A DNA stretch of 62,807 nt, filler included. It is 3 parts of 3 records of this genome, joined end to end, with 100 filler letters (N's around TTAATTAATTAA, not from the genome) between each part and the next. Parts side by side here need not be neighbours in the genome. Positions count along the whole stretch, not along the records: positions 12,596 to 32,385 come from SRR31156797_9292; 2 more parts are not named here. One strand, given 5' to 3'. Each line of letters opens with the position of its first letter. Positions within the stretch are counted from its first letter, which is position 1. The position numbers and the translations under genes were made by a program. The notes under the pieces were generated by a model. It was not told the DNA's origin, did no database searches, and saw nothing but the letters and a program-made list of their open reading frames with translations. Below, one piece after another: positions 19,389-29,887 of the stretch.

Positions 19389-19997
19389 ATGGTCGCCATC
19401 AAATATCGCAATGCAAGAGTAAATCTTGCAGAGCAGGTATATGAACCTGCAGAAGATTCATTTTTGCTTGCAGATACTGCTCTTGAATTTGTAAAAGATG
19501 ATATGTATATACTGGAAATTGGAACTGGCACTGGTTTTGTATCGGCTGTTATCAAAGCCAACAGGGACGTATCGCTTGTGGCAACGGAAATAAGTCCTTT
19601 TGCTGTACGCTGTGCAAGGTCTAATGGTATTGATGTTATCAGGACCAATATGTTTTCAGGAATGAACGGCAAACAGCAGTTTGATATTGTAATATTTAAT
19701 CCTCCATATCTTCCGACTGCTGAAGATGAAAAAGTTTCCGGATGGTTAAATTATGCCTTTGACGGGGGAACTGACGGACGCAAAGATATAAAGCCTTTCA
19801 TGGAGCAGGTAAGCAATTACTTGAAGCCTGATGGGATTATTCTGTTGTTGATCTCATCTCTGACAGGGATAGAGCAGGTCACGAAAGAAATGTTGCAATG
19901 CGGGTTCAATTCGGAAATATATGCCAGTCAGAAGTGCTCTTTTGAAAAACTTGTTGTTATTAAAGGTGAAAGATTAACAAATCTTATTGCCAATTAA
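19389..19997 (+). CDS. HemK2/MTQ2 family protein methyltransferase
   Basis: VYEPAEDSFLL, EIGTGTG and NPPY motifs. Confidence 0.9.
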   Translation: MVAIKYRNARVNLAEQVYEPAEDSFLLADTALEFVKDDMYILEIGTGTGFVSAVIKANRDVSLVATEISPFAVRCARSNGIDVIRTNMFSGMNGKQQFDIVIFNPPYLPTAEDEKVSGWLNYAFDGGTDGRKDIKPFMEQVSNYLKPDGIILLLISSLTGIEQVTKEMLQCGFNSEIYASQKCSFEKLVVIKGERLTNLIAN

Positions 19998-20109
19998 TGC
20001 AATTTGTTCGTATACAATCACATAGCACAGCAGATATATATATTATGTTTAATATATTAGGTGCATATGTTCATTTGCGGGCATAGAAAAACATCTTATA
20101 GGCAATCAT

Positions 20110-22785
20110 ATGAATAAAGTAGTTCTCCTCAGCTATAAAAAAAACGATTCCTTTAAGCTTAAAAGTGAACTTGAAGAAATCTGTACTGATGTTTCGGTGT
20201 ATTATCTGGACAAGGATGGTTCTTTAGACCTGCAGACCATTGACGATCATGCTATATTTATCTGTAAGGTCGGAACAAACACCACTGCAGATGTTCTGGG
20301 GGATGCAATACAAATTGCCGCCGCAAAAAGTGCTCCTCTGTTATTTGTTGTGTCTGAGCCTGATGAGGCATTCTTAAATCAGATATCCCTGGCAGATAAA
20401 ACATGCTATATCAAAGAACCATATTCTTCTGATGAACTCAAATATATCTTAAAAAAGGCTGGAACCTGTCAGCAGGGAATCCCGAATGATTTTCGTATAC
20501 TCAACGAAAGCACACATGATATTGTTTTCACTATGAATATTTATGGAACACTATTCTACGTTAGTCCTTCGGTAGAGGTAATTACCGGCTTTACTCAGGA
20601 AGAAGTATTAACGAAAGACATGAGGGACTTGGTTACGGAAGAGTCTGTCAATATTATTGGTGGAATGATCGGTACTTTCTGCCAGAAGCTTCAGATGGGT
20701 GAACCTATTAAAGCACCTGTATTTGAAATAGAGGTGCTGCATAAAGAAGGATCCACAAAGTGGATGGAATTAACGATTAATCCTGTTTTTGATAAAAAGA
20801 AAAATTTCAGATATTTCAATGGAATAATGCGGGACATCAGTGACCGTAAACTTATAGAAGAGCGTTTCAGGGCAGCTTCTGAGTGTACGAGTGATCTGAT
20901 ATATGAATGGGACATGAAAAGTGATCAGGTGAAGTGGTTCGGGAACATTGAAGAAGCACTGGGGTATGATGGGGGATGCATGCCGGAAACATTTGAAGGC
21001 TGGTCTGAAAAAGTGCATCCTGATGATCTGCCTGTTGTCATGGGGCGGATAGATGTCTATCGTAAAACAGGGGATATTCTTGAAGCAGAATATCGTATGG
21101 TCACAAAGGATGGAAAAATACGCTACTGGAAAGAGCATGGTCTTCCTATATTTGATGAGGTTACAAAGGAGATAGTCAGGACAATTGGTGTCTGTTCTGA
21201 TATCACTGAAAAAAAGGAAGCAGAGTCTGCCCTTAAAGAAAGTGAGGAGATGTTCCGCCTTATTGCTGAATCTGCAAATGACGTCATATGGGTACTTGAT
21301 TATCAAGGCGATGTACTTTATGTAAGCCCCTCACTCGAAAAGTTAAGAGGCTTTACTCCAGAGGAAATAAAGAATGAAACCATGGAAGAAAGATTCACCC
21401 CGGAATCAGCAAAATTAGTCAGGAACACATGGATAGCTTTCTTCAAGGACTTTAAAAAGGGATATTTACCTGACACACCGAGAAAGATAGAAGTCGAACA
21501 GCCATGCAAGGATGGTTCCACCGTATGGGTAGAGATGCACATCAATCCTGTCCTTGACAATGATGGTAACTTCAAATTCTTCCTTGGGATCAGTCGTGAC
21601 ATCAGTGAACGTAGAGAACGTGCAAAACAATTAGAGAAACAATCCCTGATACTCGATGGTATTTTCGACCTTGCACCAATACCCATGGTATTACTGGATG
21701 GAAATGGGGTTATCGAAAAGATGAATCAGGAATGCATGCAAACACCAAATATCAATAAAGAAAACGCAATTGGAAAGAAGGCCGGAGAGGTATTTTGCTG
21801 TTCAAACGCATTCCACGGGGATGGATGCGGATACAATGATGAATGCAGGTCGTGTTTGTTCCGTAGTATGGAACTAGAAACGCTTGCAACAAAAAGGAAC
21901 ATCAATAAAAAAGAGTGCATCCAAACTCTGCAACGACCCAATGGCTTACAAATGCAGGTACATATCCAGGCCTCTACTGCTTACATCAATACGCCTGATG
22001 ATGAAAAAGTCATAATGAGCTTTGAAAATATAACTCAAAGGAAAAAGGCAGAGGAAGAAATACTCAGGTCAAAAATAGAAGCTGAACAAGCAAACCGCAC
22101 AAAGAGTGAGTTCCTTGCAACAATGAGCCATGAACTAAGAACACCACTTAATGCTATCATAGGTTATTCACAAATGCTTCAGGACAAGAGCTTTGGAGAA
22201 CTTAACACTAAACAAAGGAAGTTTGCAAAGCACACCCACACAAGCGGGAAACATCTTCTAGACCTTATAAATGACATCCTTGACCTTTCAAAAGTGGAGG
22301 CCGGTAAAATGGACCTGTACAACGAAATATTCAATGTCAATGATGTAATGAAGAACGTGTACAATATAATAATCCCTCTTGCCGACAAGAAGCACATAAA
22401 TGTGGATTTCCTGATATCAGAGGACATCGAGATATATGCTGATAAAGTCAGGTTCAAACAGATCCTCTACAACCTTATGAGCAATGCCATCAAATTCACA
22501 CCACTAAATGGAAATGTGGTCGTAAAAATCACAACTGAAAATGGGGATTTGATCACATCAGTGATCGATAATGGAATAGGGATGTCCGAAAAGGAGCAGA
22601 AGAAACTTTTTTCCCCATTCTATCAGGCAGATTCGTCTACCGCAAGGAAATATCAGGGTACCGGACTTGGACTATCTATTGTGAAAAAGATAATAGAACT
22701 CCATAGTGGAACAATAGAAGTTGAAAGTGAACATGGAAAAGGTAGTACATTCACTTTCACAATACCAATTAAAAATGAGAATTGA
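20110..22785 (+). CDS. Soluble multi-PAS sensor histidine kinase
   Basis: Degenerate receiver-like N-terminus, three PAS/PAC repeats and one Cys-rich PAS-like domain; H-box MSHELRTPL, N-box NLMSNAIKF and G-boxes. Confidence 0.92.
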   Translation: MNKVVLLSYKKNDSFKLKSELEEICTDVSVYYLDKDGSLDLQTIDDHAIFICKVGTNTTADVLGDAIQIAAAKSAPLLFVVSEPDEAFLNQISLADKTCYIKEPYSSDELKYILKKAGTCQQGIPNDFRILNESTHDIVFTMNIYGTLFYVSPSVEVITGFTQEEVLTKDMRDLVTEESVNIIGGMIGTFCQKLQMGEPIKAPVFEIEVLHKEGSTKWMELTINPVFDKKKNFRYFNGIMRDISDRKLIEERFRAASECTSDLIYEWDMKSDQVKWFGNIEEALGYDGGCMPETFEGWSEKVHPDDLPVVMGRIDVYRKTGDILEAEYRMVTKDGKIRYWKEHGLPIFDEVTKEIVRTIGVCSDITEKKEAESALKESEEMFRLIAESANDVIWVLDYQGDVLYVSPSLEKLRGFTPEEIKNETMEERFTPESAKLVRNTWIAFFKDFKKGYLPDTPRKIEVEQPCKDGSTVWVEMHINPVLDNDGNFKFFLGISRDISERRERAKQLEKQSLILDGIFDLAPIPMVLLDGNGVIEKMNQECMQTPNINKENAIGKKAGEVFCCSNAFHGDGCGYNDECRSCLFRSMELETLATKRNINKKECIQTLQRPNGLQMQVHIQASTAYINTPDDEKVIMSFENITQRKKAEEEILRSKIEAEQANRTKSEFLATMSHELRTPLNAIIGYSQMLQDKSFGELNTKQRKFAKHTHTSGKHLLDLINDILDLSKVEAGKMDLYNEIFNVNDVMKNVYNIIIPLADKKHINVDFLISEDIEIYADKVRFKQILYNLMSNAIKFTPLNGNVVVKITTENGDLITSVIDNGIGMSEKEQKKLFSPFYQADSSTARKYQGTGLGLSIVKKIIELHSGTIEVESEHGKGSTFTFTIPIKNEN

Positions 22786-22793
22786 GATGACTT

Positions 22794-23648
22794 TCAGATG
22801 AAGCCATCTATCAGTTTATTTACCTTTTCAGTTTCTGTTTTGTTCTTGTAAAGCGGACCAGACTTCAGTACTTCCTGATGATCTTCAAAACTGGGTTTCT
22901 CATTCATATAAAAAAGTCCTAACGGAATCCTGTCCCCCCATTCCAGAGATTTTTCAAAAGCCTTCACCCTATCACTCAGCTCGTAGCCCGTGTCTTCCAT
23001 CTCATATACTCTTTCAGAATACCAGTTAAAAGTATTCAACTTATTGAAAGAAACACATGGCTGAAGCACGTCCACAAGAGAGAGGCCTTTGTGCTGTATC
23101 GCTTTTTCTATAAGTGAAGTAAGGTGTGGGATATTACCTGCATATCCGCGGCTTACAAAAGAGCAGTCCAGGGATATGGCCAGTGACAGGGGATTGAGGG
23201 GCATGTTGAATACACCATGTGTCTGAACCTTTGTCTTCATGCCGATCTCGCTGGTGGGTGAAGCCTGTCCCTTTGTAAGGCCGTATATCTGGTTGTCGTG
23301 CACTATCATGGTTATATCAGGGTTTCTTCTGACAGTGTGCAGGAAATGGTTTCCTCCTTCTCCATAACAGTCACCATCGCCGGTAACAGCAAGGACAGTG
23401 AGCTCATGGTTGGCGACTTTGGCACCTGTGGCAGGTGGTAGTGAACGTCCATGAAGGCCATTAAAAGCATTGCACTTAAGGTAATGCGGTAACTTGCTTG
23501 ACTGGCCAATGCCGGAAGCAATGAATACTTCATGAGGCTCTTTTCCCAGATTCACAAGTGCCTGTTTTATGGCTTTAAGTATGCCAAAGTTGCCACAACC
23601 CGGACACCATGCAGTTTCAAATTTACCGTAATCCTCTATACTCACCAT
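22794..23648 (-). CDS. 2-oxoacid:ferredoxin oxidoreductase subunit beta
   Basis: WCPGCG, TPP motif GDGD...N, YGLTKGQ and QPCVSFN. Confidence 0.92.
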   Translation of the reverse strand: MVSIEDYGKFETAWCPGCGNFGILKAIKQALVNLGKEPHEVFIASGIGQSSKLPHYLKCNAFNGLHGRSLPPATGAKVANHELTVLAVTGDGDCYGEGGNHFLHTVRRNPDITMIVHDNQIYGLTKGQASPTSEIGMKTKVQTHGVFNMPLNPLSLAISLDCSFVSRGYAGNIPHLTSLIEKAIQHKGLSLVDVLQPCVSFNKLNTFNWYSERVYEMEDTGYELSDRVKAFEKSLEWGDRIPLGLFYMNEKPSFEDHQEVLKSGPLYKNKTETEKVNKLIDGFI

Positions 23649-25376
23649 TCAGATCACTCCTTTTTCCTTCAGGGCATTAAGTATGAACTCCGGACTGAAA
23701 GGTTTACCATCATAGCGCAGGATGTTTTCTGTAATAGTTATGCCTGCATCAAGTTTGAGCAAACGCGAAAATTGTCCCGTGGAATTGTTCTCCACGCATA
23801 TGATTATCTTTGATTTTGAAAGTAACTTTCTGGTAGATTCAATCGGCAGGGGGTGGATATGTGTAAAGTGAACAAGATTAACAGATTTTTTCTTATCCTG
23901 TAGTATATCCACAACTTCTGCCAGGGGTCCGTAGCTTGATCCCCAACCTATCAATGTAGTGGAAGCGTCCTTTTTGCCATACACCTTTGCTGCCGGCATT
24001 TCCTCTCGGAGTACCTCCAGTTTTTTCATACGCTTATCATTCATCTTTATACGGTTTTCAGGATCTTCATTAATATGCCCGAATTCGTCATGCTCATCAC
24101 TGTCAGCAACGACAACAACTCCTTCCTGCCCTGGCAGGGCGCGTGGGGAAATTCCCATAGGGGTGAGTTTGTAACGTCTGTACTCCTCATTCTTTGTTCT
24201 CAATTCCTGATTCGACAACAGATGCCTGTCAATTGTGATATTTGATGCATCAAATTTAGGCAGCGTGAACATGGAGTCTGCCAGGTACTGATCGCTCATG
24301 ATAAAAACAGGAATTTGGTATTTGTCTGCAATATTGAATGCCTCTGCTGTCAGGTAGAAACATTCTTCAGGTGTACCAGGTGCAAGAATACATCTGGGAA
24401 ATTCTCCCTGCGCAGCATTAAGGGCAAACTGAAGGTCTCCCTGCTCTGTCATAGTAGGGAGGCCAGTGGCCGGTCCTGGCCGCTGGCACAGGAAAATAAC
24501 GGCAGGTGTTTCTGTAATACTGGCAAGCCCAAGGGCTTCGGTCATTAGTGCAAATCCACCGCCGGAGGTTGTTGTCATTGAACGTGCACCTGCAAAGGAT
24601 GCTCCAAGTATCATATTAAGTGCCGCTATTTCGTCCTCTGCCTGTTCAACCACAACATTGAATTTGTCTGCATTTGCAGCTACATATGTCATGACGCCTG
24701 TTGATGGGGTCATGGGGTATGCTGCAAGGAATTGTACACCTGCGGCAAGTGCTCCAAGACCAACACTCTCATTCCCATTGATCAGCATCATATTCTCTTT
24801 TTCTTCAGGTTCTTTGACTGTGAACTTGCAGCCCCCTGGATAATTATCTTTCACATAGTTGTATCCTGCACGGGCAGCATCGATGTTTTTCTGGATAATC
24901 TCTTTGCCCTTTTTCTTAAACGTTGACCTTAGTATTGCCTCAAGGTCGTTTAATTCAAGGCATAACAATCCAATAACTGCTCCCATTGATACAGAATTTG
25001 AGTAGATTTTGTCTCCGCAGACATCTTTGGCAATTTTAAGCATTGGGATGTGGAAGATGGAATCGTGCTCTGCTTTCACATTTATGGTGTCCCTATCCAT
25101 TACCACTACACCATCTTTCAATTCTGTCATGTGATTTTCTATTGACTCGCTATCCAGGGCAAGCAGCAGGTCAACACTTTCGGTCATTGCAAGGACTGGA
25201 GAATCACTAATACGTATCTGGAATGTATTGTGTCCTCCGCGGACTCTGGAAAGGTAATATTGTGTGGCAAAAATATGAAATCCGCTTTTTTTTAGTGTTT
25301 TAGCAAGAGCAAGGCCGGTTGTTTGTAATCCCTGGCCTGCAGCACCTCCAATCTTTAAATTAAGGTCTATGTTCAT
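23649..25376 (-). CDS. 2-oxoacid:acceptor oxidoreductase subunit alpha (gamma-alpha fusion)
   Basis: GGAAGQG, RVRGGHN, YPMTP, QAEDEIAA and RPGPATG motifs. Confidence 0.92.
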   Translation of the reverse strand: MNIDLNLKIGGAAGQGLQTTGLALAKTLKKSGFHIFATQYYLSRVRGGHNTFQIRISDSPVLAMTESVDLLLALDSESIENHMTELKDGVVVMDRDTINVKAEHDSIFHIPMLKIAKDVCGDKIYSNSVSMGAVIGLLCLELNDLEAILRSTFKKKGKEIIQKNIDAARAGYNYVKDNYPGGCKFTVKEPEEKENMMLINGNESVGLGALAAGVQFLAAYPMTPSTGVMTYVAANADKFNVVVEQAEDEIAALNMILGASFAGARSMTTTSGGGFALMTEALGLASITETPAVIFLCQRPGPATGLPTMTEQGDLQFALNAAQGEFPRCILAPGTPEECFYLTAEAFNIADKYQIPVFIMSDQYLADSMFTLPKFDASNITIDRHLLSNQELRTKNEEYRRYKLTPMGISPRALPGQEGVVVVADSDEHDEFGHINEDPENRIKMNDKRMKKLEVLREEMPAAKVYGKKDASTTLIGWGSSYGPLAEVVDILQDKKKSVNLVHFTHIHPLPIESTRKLLSKSKIIICVENNSTGQFSRLLKLDAGITITENILRYDGKPFSPEFILNALKEKGVI

Positions 25377-25732
25377 AATGTCTCCCCTTTTGTTTCAGCT
25401 ACTTGCTTGATATAATGTATGTAAATATTGATTATGTATTTTAAGTAGCTATTTTTTTAGATATTCTACAGGCTGCACTAATTGATATTGACAATAGTAC
25501 TCTCTAAACCCTCTTTCATTTTTGAGGCTGAATCTATATAACAGTATTTGTAGTATTGAACATTGGTTTTAAGTTAAAATAGTAACAGATGTAATTTCAC
25601 ATAGTTTAAATATTAATAATGCATATGGTAGGTGCCAATGTGTGTGTACGTAAGAATACGTTTATATATAATATTATTCTTATAATATATAAATCGCAAA
25701 GATTAGTTGGTTTAAGGTCAAACGTGATACAA

Positions 25733-26530
25733 ATGGAAAGAATGCCTACAGGAATATCAAATCTGGACAAGAAGATCAGTGGAGGTTACCCGAAAGGAAA
25801 AGGAATTCTTATCACAGGGGTCCCGGGTGCAGGCAAAACCATCTTCGGATTACATTTTTTACACAAATCCTGTCTGGATGCACAAAAATGTATAATGGTG
25901 GCAACTGAAGAAACTCCTGAAGATCTTCTTGAACAGGCAGCCATGCTTGGACTTGGACTTGAATCGTTCATAGAAAGGGATATGCTGGATATAAAACAGG
26001 TTATTGAACTAAGAACTCAATCAATTGCCAGAGAGGCTCATCTTATAGATGGTTACTCTGATGCTGAGATAGATATCATTGAGGAGACTCGTCTTGATAG
26101 GTATCTGAGGCCAGATCAGGAAGGCTTTAATATCGAAGAAATAGACATGCTTGATCTTGTAAGGCTGATTCCTGAAGGTACTGATGTGGCAGTAATTGAT
26201 AACATCGGAGTCCTTGCATTTGGCATGGGGCCCAAGGAATTCAGGGACAAGTTTGATACTCTTAATCGTTTACTTGCAAAGCAAAAAACTACAACATTGT
26301 ATATAATGGACGAAGCTGCCTATGAGATGACTCATAAAATTGCAGACTATTCCACTTATGGTGCAGTCAAACTCATGGTAAAGGAAAATCCGTACACGGG
26401 AAAGAATGAACGTTTCCTGAGTGTTCCCAAGATGCGAAGCACAAGAATCTCTCTTGATATCAATATGTTTGATATTACTTCTGCAGGAATTAGCCTGAAA
26501 GGTTCCAAATCTAAACTTGTTGAATTATAA
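25733..26530 (+). CDS. KaiC-like / RAD55 family single-domain ATPase
   Basis: PTGISNLD...GG, Walker A GVPGAGKT, TEE, Walker B VAVID and KMR. ATG 25733 chosen over 25619. Confidence 0.85.
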   Translation: MERMPTGISNLDKKISGGYPKGKGILITGVPGAGKTIFGLHFLHKSCLDAQKCIMVATEETPEDLLEQAAMLGLGLESFIERDMLDIKQVIELRTQSIAREAHLIDGYSDAEIDIIEETRLDRYLRPDQEGFNIEEIDMLDLVRLIPEGTDVAVIDNIGVLAFGMGPKEFRDKFDTLNRLLAKQKTTTLYIMDEAAYEMTHKIADYSTYGAVKLMVKENPYTGKNERFLSVPKMRSTRISLDINMFDITSAGISLKGSKSKLVEL

Positions 26531-26719
26531 ATATAGCAAAGGCTACTGATGTTTTAATCAGGGGGCCTGAGGCTTCAGTTTTTTTATTTATTAATTAATA
26601 TGTGAGTTATAGCAGTGCCATTATATTTTTATAATAATAAACTAATTATATTATTAATCACAACTTAAATAACTATCATTATAACCTTACCCTCGAAAAA
26701 CTATCAAGGAGATTTTACT

Positions 26720-27583
26720 ATTACCTCGCCATCAGATTCTAAAATTCTTATCGTTGACGATGAGATCATGAATATTGAATTGCTAAAAGCATATCTGGAA
26801 GATCAGTATATTGTAATATCCGCAACTAATGGACACGATGCTATAGAACTTGTGAGCCGGGAAAACCCGGATATAATTCTTCTTGATGTGATGATGCCCG
26901 ATATCAATGGTTACCAGGTGTGTGAAGTCGTAAAGGCAAACCCTGCAACTCAATTTATCCCTATAATAATGGTAACTGCGCTTTCGGGAAGAGACGACTG
27001 GATGGCTGGTATTGAGGCAGGGGCAGATGAATTTCTGACAAAACCTGTCAATAAGATGGAGCTTTTAACCCGTATAAATTCACTGCTAAAAATGAAGGCG
27101 ATGCACTATGATCTTCTTGCTGAAAGGGATAAACTTGGACTTCAGAATAAGATCAGATCAGTGCTGACACAAATAATTCCTTCTTTACTCAGGACACTTC
27201 CTGCAGAGCAGAAAAGTATTGCAATACACCAGATGATCGATATGGTGGTGGAAGCAATATTTGAGAACAATGATCCTGAACATGATATCATGGGTGTGGA
27301 ATGCGTGGGTGATGTCTGCTGCCAGATAATAAACCAGCTTGGAGCGGAATTCGGATCTGATCCAACAGCGGAAGGCAACTCTGTTTGTACGATACAGGGA
27401 CATACATGTCCATGGGGAAAAGAAGAAGCTCAACAGAATCCTATACTCTGCACATTGTCAAGAGGAATATTTTCAAGGATCGTGGACATTTATGGGCAGG
27501 ATCTGGAAGTTGATGTGCTCGAAACCATGGGTAATGGAGACGAGCAGTGCACTTTTCAGTTAATGAAACTGGATGAATATTAA
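26720..27583 (+). CDS. Response regulator: REC plus V4R-like methanogen output (MetOD1-like) domain
   Basis: KILIVDD, LLDVMMP, VTA and KP receiver motifs; C-terminal CPW...LC...G...C.F. Start inferred at ATT 26720; the first in-frame ATG is 26768. Confidence 0.82.
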   Translation: MTSPSDSKILIVDDEIMNIELLKAYLEDQYIVISATNGHDAIELVSRENPDIILLDVMMPDINGYQVCEVVKANPATQFIPIIMVTALSGRDDWMAGIEAGADEFLTKPVNKMELLTRINSLLKMKAMHYDLLAERDKLGLQNKIRSVLTQIIPSLLRTLPAEQKSIAIHQMIDMVVEAIFENNDPEHDIMGVECVGDVCCQIINQLGAEFGSDPTAEGNSVCTIQGHTCPWGKEEAQQNPILCTLSRGIFSRIVDIYGQDLEVDVLETMGNGDEQCTFQLMKLDEY

Positions 27584-27966
27584 ATCAGGTCCAGTATTCT
27601 AATGGCAAGATGAGCGGCATTTGCTCCGTTATCAACGCCTACACTTGCAACCGGCACTCCAGGTGGCATCTGGGCGGTTGAAAGCAGTGCGTCAAGTCCC
27701 ATCATCTTTGCGCTTACCGGCACTCCTATTACCGGTTTCTTTGTTTTTGATGCTATTACTCCGGGCAATGCAGCAGACAGCCCTGCTATGGCAATGTATA
27801 CTTTTGCATTGTCCCTGGAAACATACTCGTCGAGTTTATCCGGATTTCTGTGGGCAGAGATGACCTCCACCTCATAGGAATAATCCGTATTGTCAAGTAC
27901 GCCTGTTGCTCTGTTAGCTATAGCGCGGTCTGATTCTGAACCCATAACTATTGAAATATCAATCAT
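27580..27966 (-). CDS. purE: AIR carboxylase family protein (short archaeal PurE)
   Basis: [25 protein letters not shown] and QMPPGVPV motifs. Confidence 0.9.
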   Translation of the reverse strand: MIDISIVMGSESDRAIANRATGVLDNTDYSYEVEVISAHRNPDKLDEYVSRDNAKVYIAIAGLSAALPGVIASKTKKPVIGVPVSAKMMGLDALLSTAQMPPGVPVASVGVDNGANAAHLAIRILDLI

Positions 27967-27978
27967 TATTATCACTCC

Positions 27979-28266
27979 TTAAGGAAGGTTTCCTTCGCCT
28001 CTAAGCTCCTGCTGACGCTCTATATTCATTGCTATGAGTACCTTGAATATTTCTTTGACAGCAGATGTGTCAAGATTCAATTCAACTGCAGCATCCGCTG
28101 CACGATCCAGGACTACTGAGTTCTGGGAAGGGTCATTGATACTCATTGCTTCCTTTTTCTTTGCTTCAAGCACTTTTGCAGCCATACCAACCCTTCTATG
28201 AATGAGCTGCATGATCTCGCTATCAATCTGCTTTATTTCTTCACGTATTTCTTTGATAGTGGACAT
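27979..28266 (-). CDS. Chorismate mutase (AroQ type)
   Basis: IREEIKQIDSEIMQLIHRR motif; downstream of shikimate kinase. Confidence 0.85.
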   Translation of the reverse strand: MSTIKEIREEIKQIDSEIMQLIHRRVGMAAKVLEAKKKEAMSINDPSQNSVVLDRAADAAVELNLDTSAVKEIFKVLIAMNIERQQELRGEGNLP

Positions 28267-28333
28267 GTATTCCCCTCTAATCTTTATTGATGATTAATTA
28301 ATGATAGTTCTTAGTGATGAATATAATTCAGGA

Positions 28334-29197
28334 TTATATCTTACTTGCACCTTTATTATCTACCTTTGTCTTTATCACATTTCCGCTGATGCCACAATCA
28401 TTCCATGAATCTTCAAGCTCTGCAGCCTGCTGCTTATTAACAAGCGCAACATATGATGGTCCTGTTCCTGACAGTGTGACTCCCTGCACTCCAATCTCAA
28501 GCGCGCGCATTAAGAACTCAGTTTCAAAACCAAGGGCACTGCAATATAAAAATCCGTTCTGTGTCATGGCTTTTTCATATTCGCCCTGCATGGAAAGTTC
28601 ATAGGCGATATCCACCCATGGGGCAATCAGTCTTGAACGTGACACATCGGTGCCTGAGCTGAATGACTTCTCATCCGGTGCAAAAATCATTACATCATAT
28701 TCATGTTCGGCTCTTTTCAGGAGCTTCATTTCCTTGTTGTCCGTAACAACGAATCCTCCGTAAAATGAAGCACATGCATCATCTAGTGCACCTGTGATGG
28801 TAACTCCTGCATCAAGTGCGGCCCTGACTCCTATTTTTACTGATTCAAAGGGATCAAGTTCTTCTCCTATGGCCTGGAGTGTTGCAAGTACGGATGCATT
28901 AGCTGCAGCACTACTGCTTTTAAGACCGCTGGCAAGAGGTACCTCTGATCTGGTAGTTACAGTTCCTCCTGTTTCGATGCCAAAATGTTCCAGCACGTAA
29001 GATACGGATTTTTCGATTAGTGTGGTGTCAGCATCAGGCAAACCTTTGATAGTTCCTTCTACCGGGGATGCGTCTTCGATCAGTTCCACACTTGCGTATG
29101 TTTTCAGATCAATCCCAAAAGCTGCGCCTTTCCATGTGGCTATTGCGTTGATAATCGTGCCGGCACCAAGTGCATAGGCATTTCCCTTTAAGACCAT
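28334..29197 (-). CDS. aroK: Archaeal shikimate kinase (GHMP family)
   Basis: PLASGLKSSSA, TITGALDD and LSGTGPS motifs. Confidence 0.92.
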   Translation of the reverse strand: MVLKGNAYALGAGTIINAIATWKGAAFGIDLKTYASVELIEDASPVEGTIKGLPDADTTLIEKSVSYVLEHFGIETGGTVTTRSEVPLASGLKSSSAAANASVLATLQAIGEELDPFESVKIGVRAALDAGVTITGALDDACASFYGGFVVTDNKEMKLLKRAEHEYDVMIFAPDEKSFSSGTDVSRSRLIAPWVDIAYELSMQGEYEKAMTQNGFLYCSALGFETEFLMRALEIGVQGVTLSGTGPSYVALVNKQQAAELEDSWNDCGISGNVIKTKVDNKGASKI

Positions 29198-29338
29198 TCA
29201 AATATTCCTGATATCAATTAATGTAATGATACAACTGTATCTGTCGTATGGTTGTACAATTTACCAATACGAGTACTATATAGTATTAAAGAATAATGTT
29301 TAAAAGAATGAAAATAGAATAAAATATAGTTAATCCTT

Positions 29339-29887
29339 CTATTTTATTTCAGGTGTTAGTATTAAATCCTTGAGTTTGTTGTAACAATTCCTGTACTTAT
29401 CGACAAAATCAGGGTCTATGGCACTTACTTTGTCTGCTTCGGGGACACATACATTGACTTTTTCTATCTGTCTTTCCTTTTTTGAAGATAGGGGTTCAAG
29501 GAAAAAGTTACAATTGTCAAAGTCTGTTTCTGCGTCTTCAATCACCTCATTACAGGATTCGTCAAACATCAGAATCCCGTTAGATACCAGACCGTAAAAC
29601 TTAATCTTTTCGTATGTTTCTTTTCTCATATGCTGTGATGATTTGAACCTGTTTTTATCGTGCAGTGTTACCAGCACGTTAAAATCTTTACTTTTCTTTA
29701 AGTCATGAGGTATTTTTTCCGGAAATAATACCTGCGGCTTCATGCCAATTTGTTCAAGATCTGACACGAGTTCAGATGTTTTGGGATCTCCCATTATGAG
29801 CAGATGCTCTATCATTCCGTCTTCAGCCAGCAGCCTGACAATTTCTTTTTCGTCTTCTGTACAACCTATAATACTCATCAAAGGCAT
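29339..29887 (-). CDS. Hypothetical protein resembling the N-terminal part of DUF1638 proteins
   Basis: Start re-assigned to MPLMSIIGC (ATG 29887, GGAG upstream). The family resemblance is from recall only. Confidence 0.5.
   Translation of the reverse strand: MPLMSIIGCTEDEKEIVRLLAEDGMIEHLLIMGDPKTSELVSDLEQIGMKPQVLFPEKIPHDLKKSKDFNVLVTLHDKNRFKSSQHMRKETYEKIKFYGLVSNGILMFDESCNEVIEDAETDFDNCNFFLEPLSSKKERQIEKVNVCVPEADKVSAIDPDFVDKYRNCYNKLKDLILTPEIK

Noticed and set aside
15011..19997. trmY-pus10-rpl21e-rpo4-DUF655-rsmA-hemK cluster as a novel system
   Set aside because: This is a well-known conserved euryarchaeal gene order.
26340..26365. Ser-Thr in DYSTYG as KaiC clock phosphosites
   Set aside because: By-eye alignment offsets them from KaiC S431/T432. 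The protein is single-domain and there is no kaiA or kaiB.
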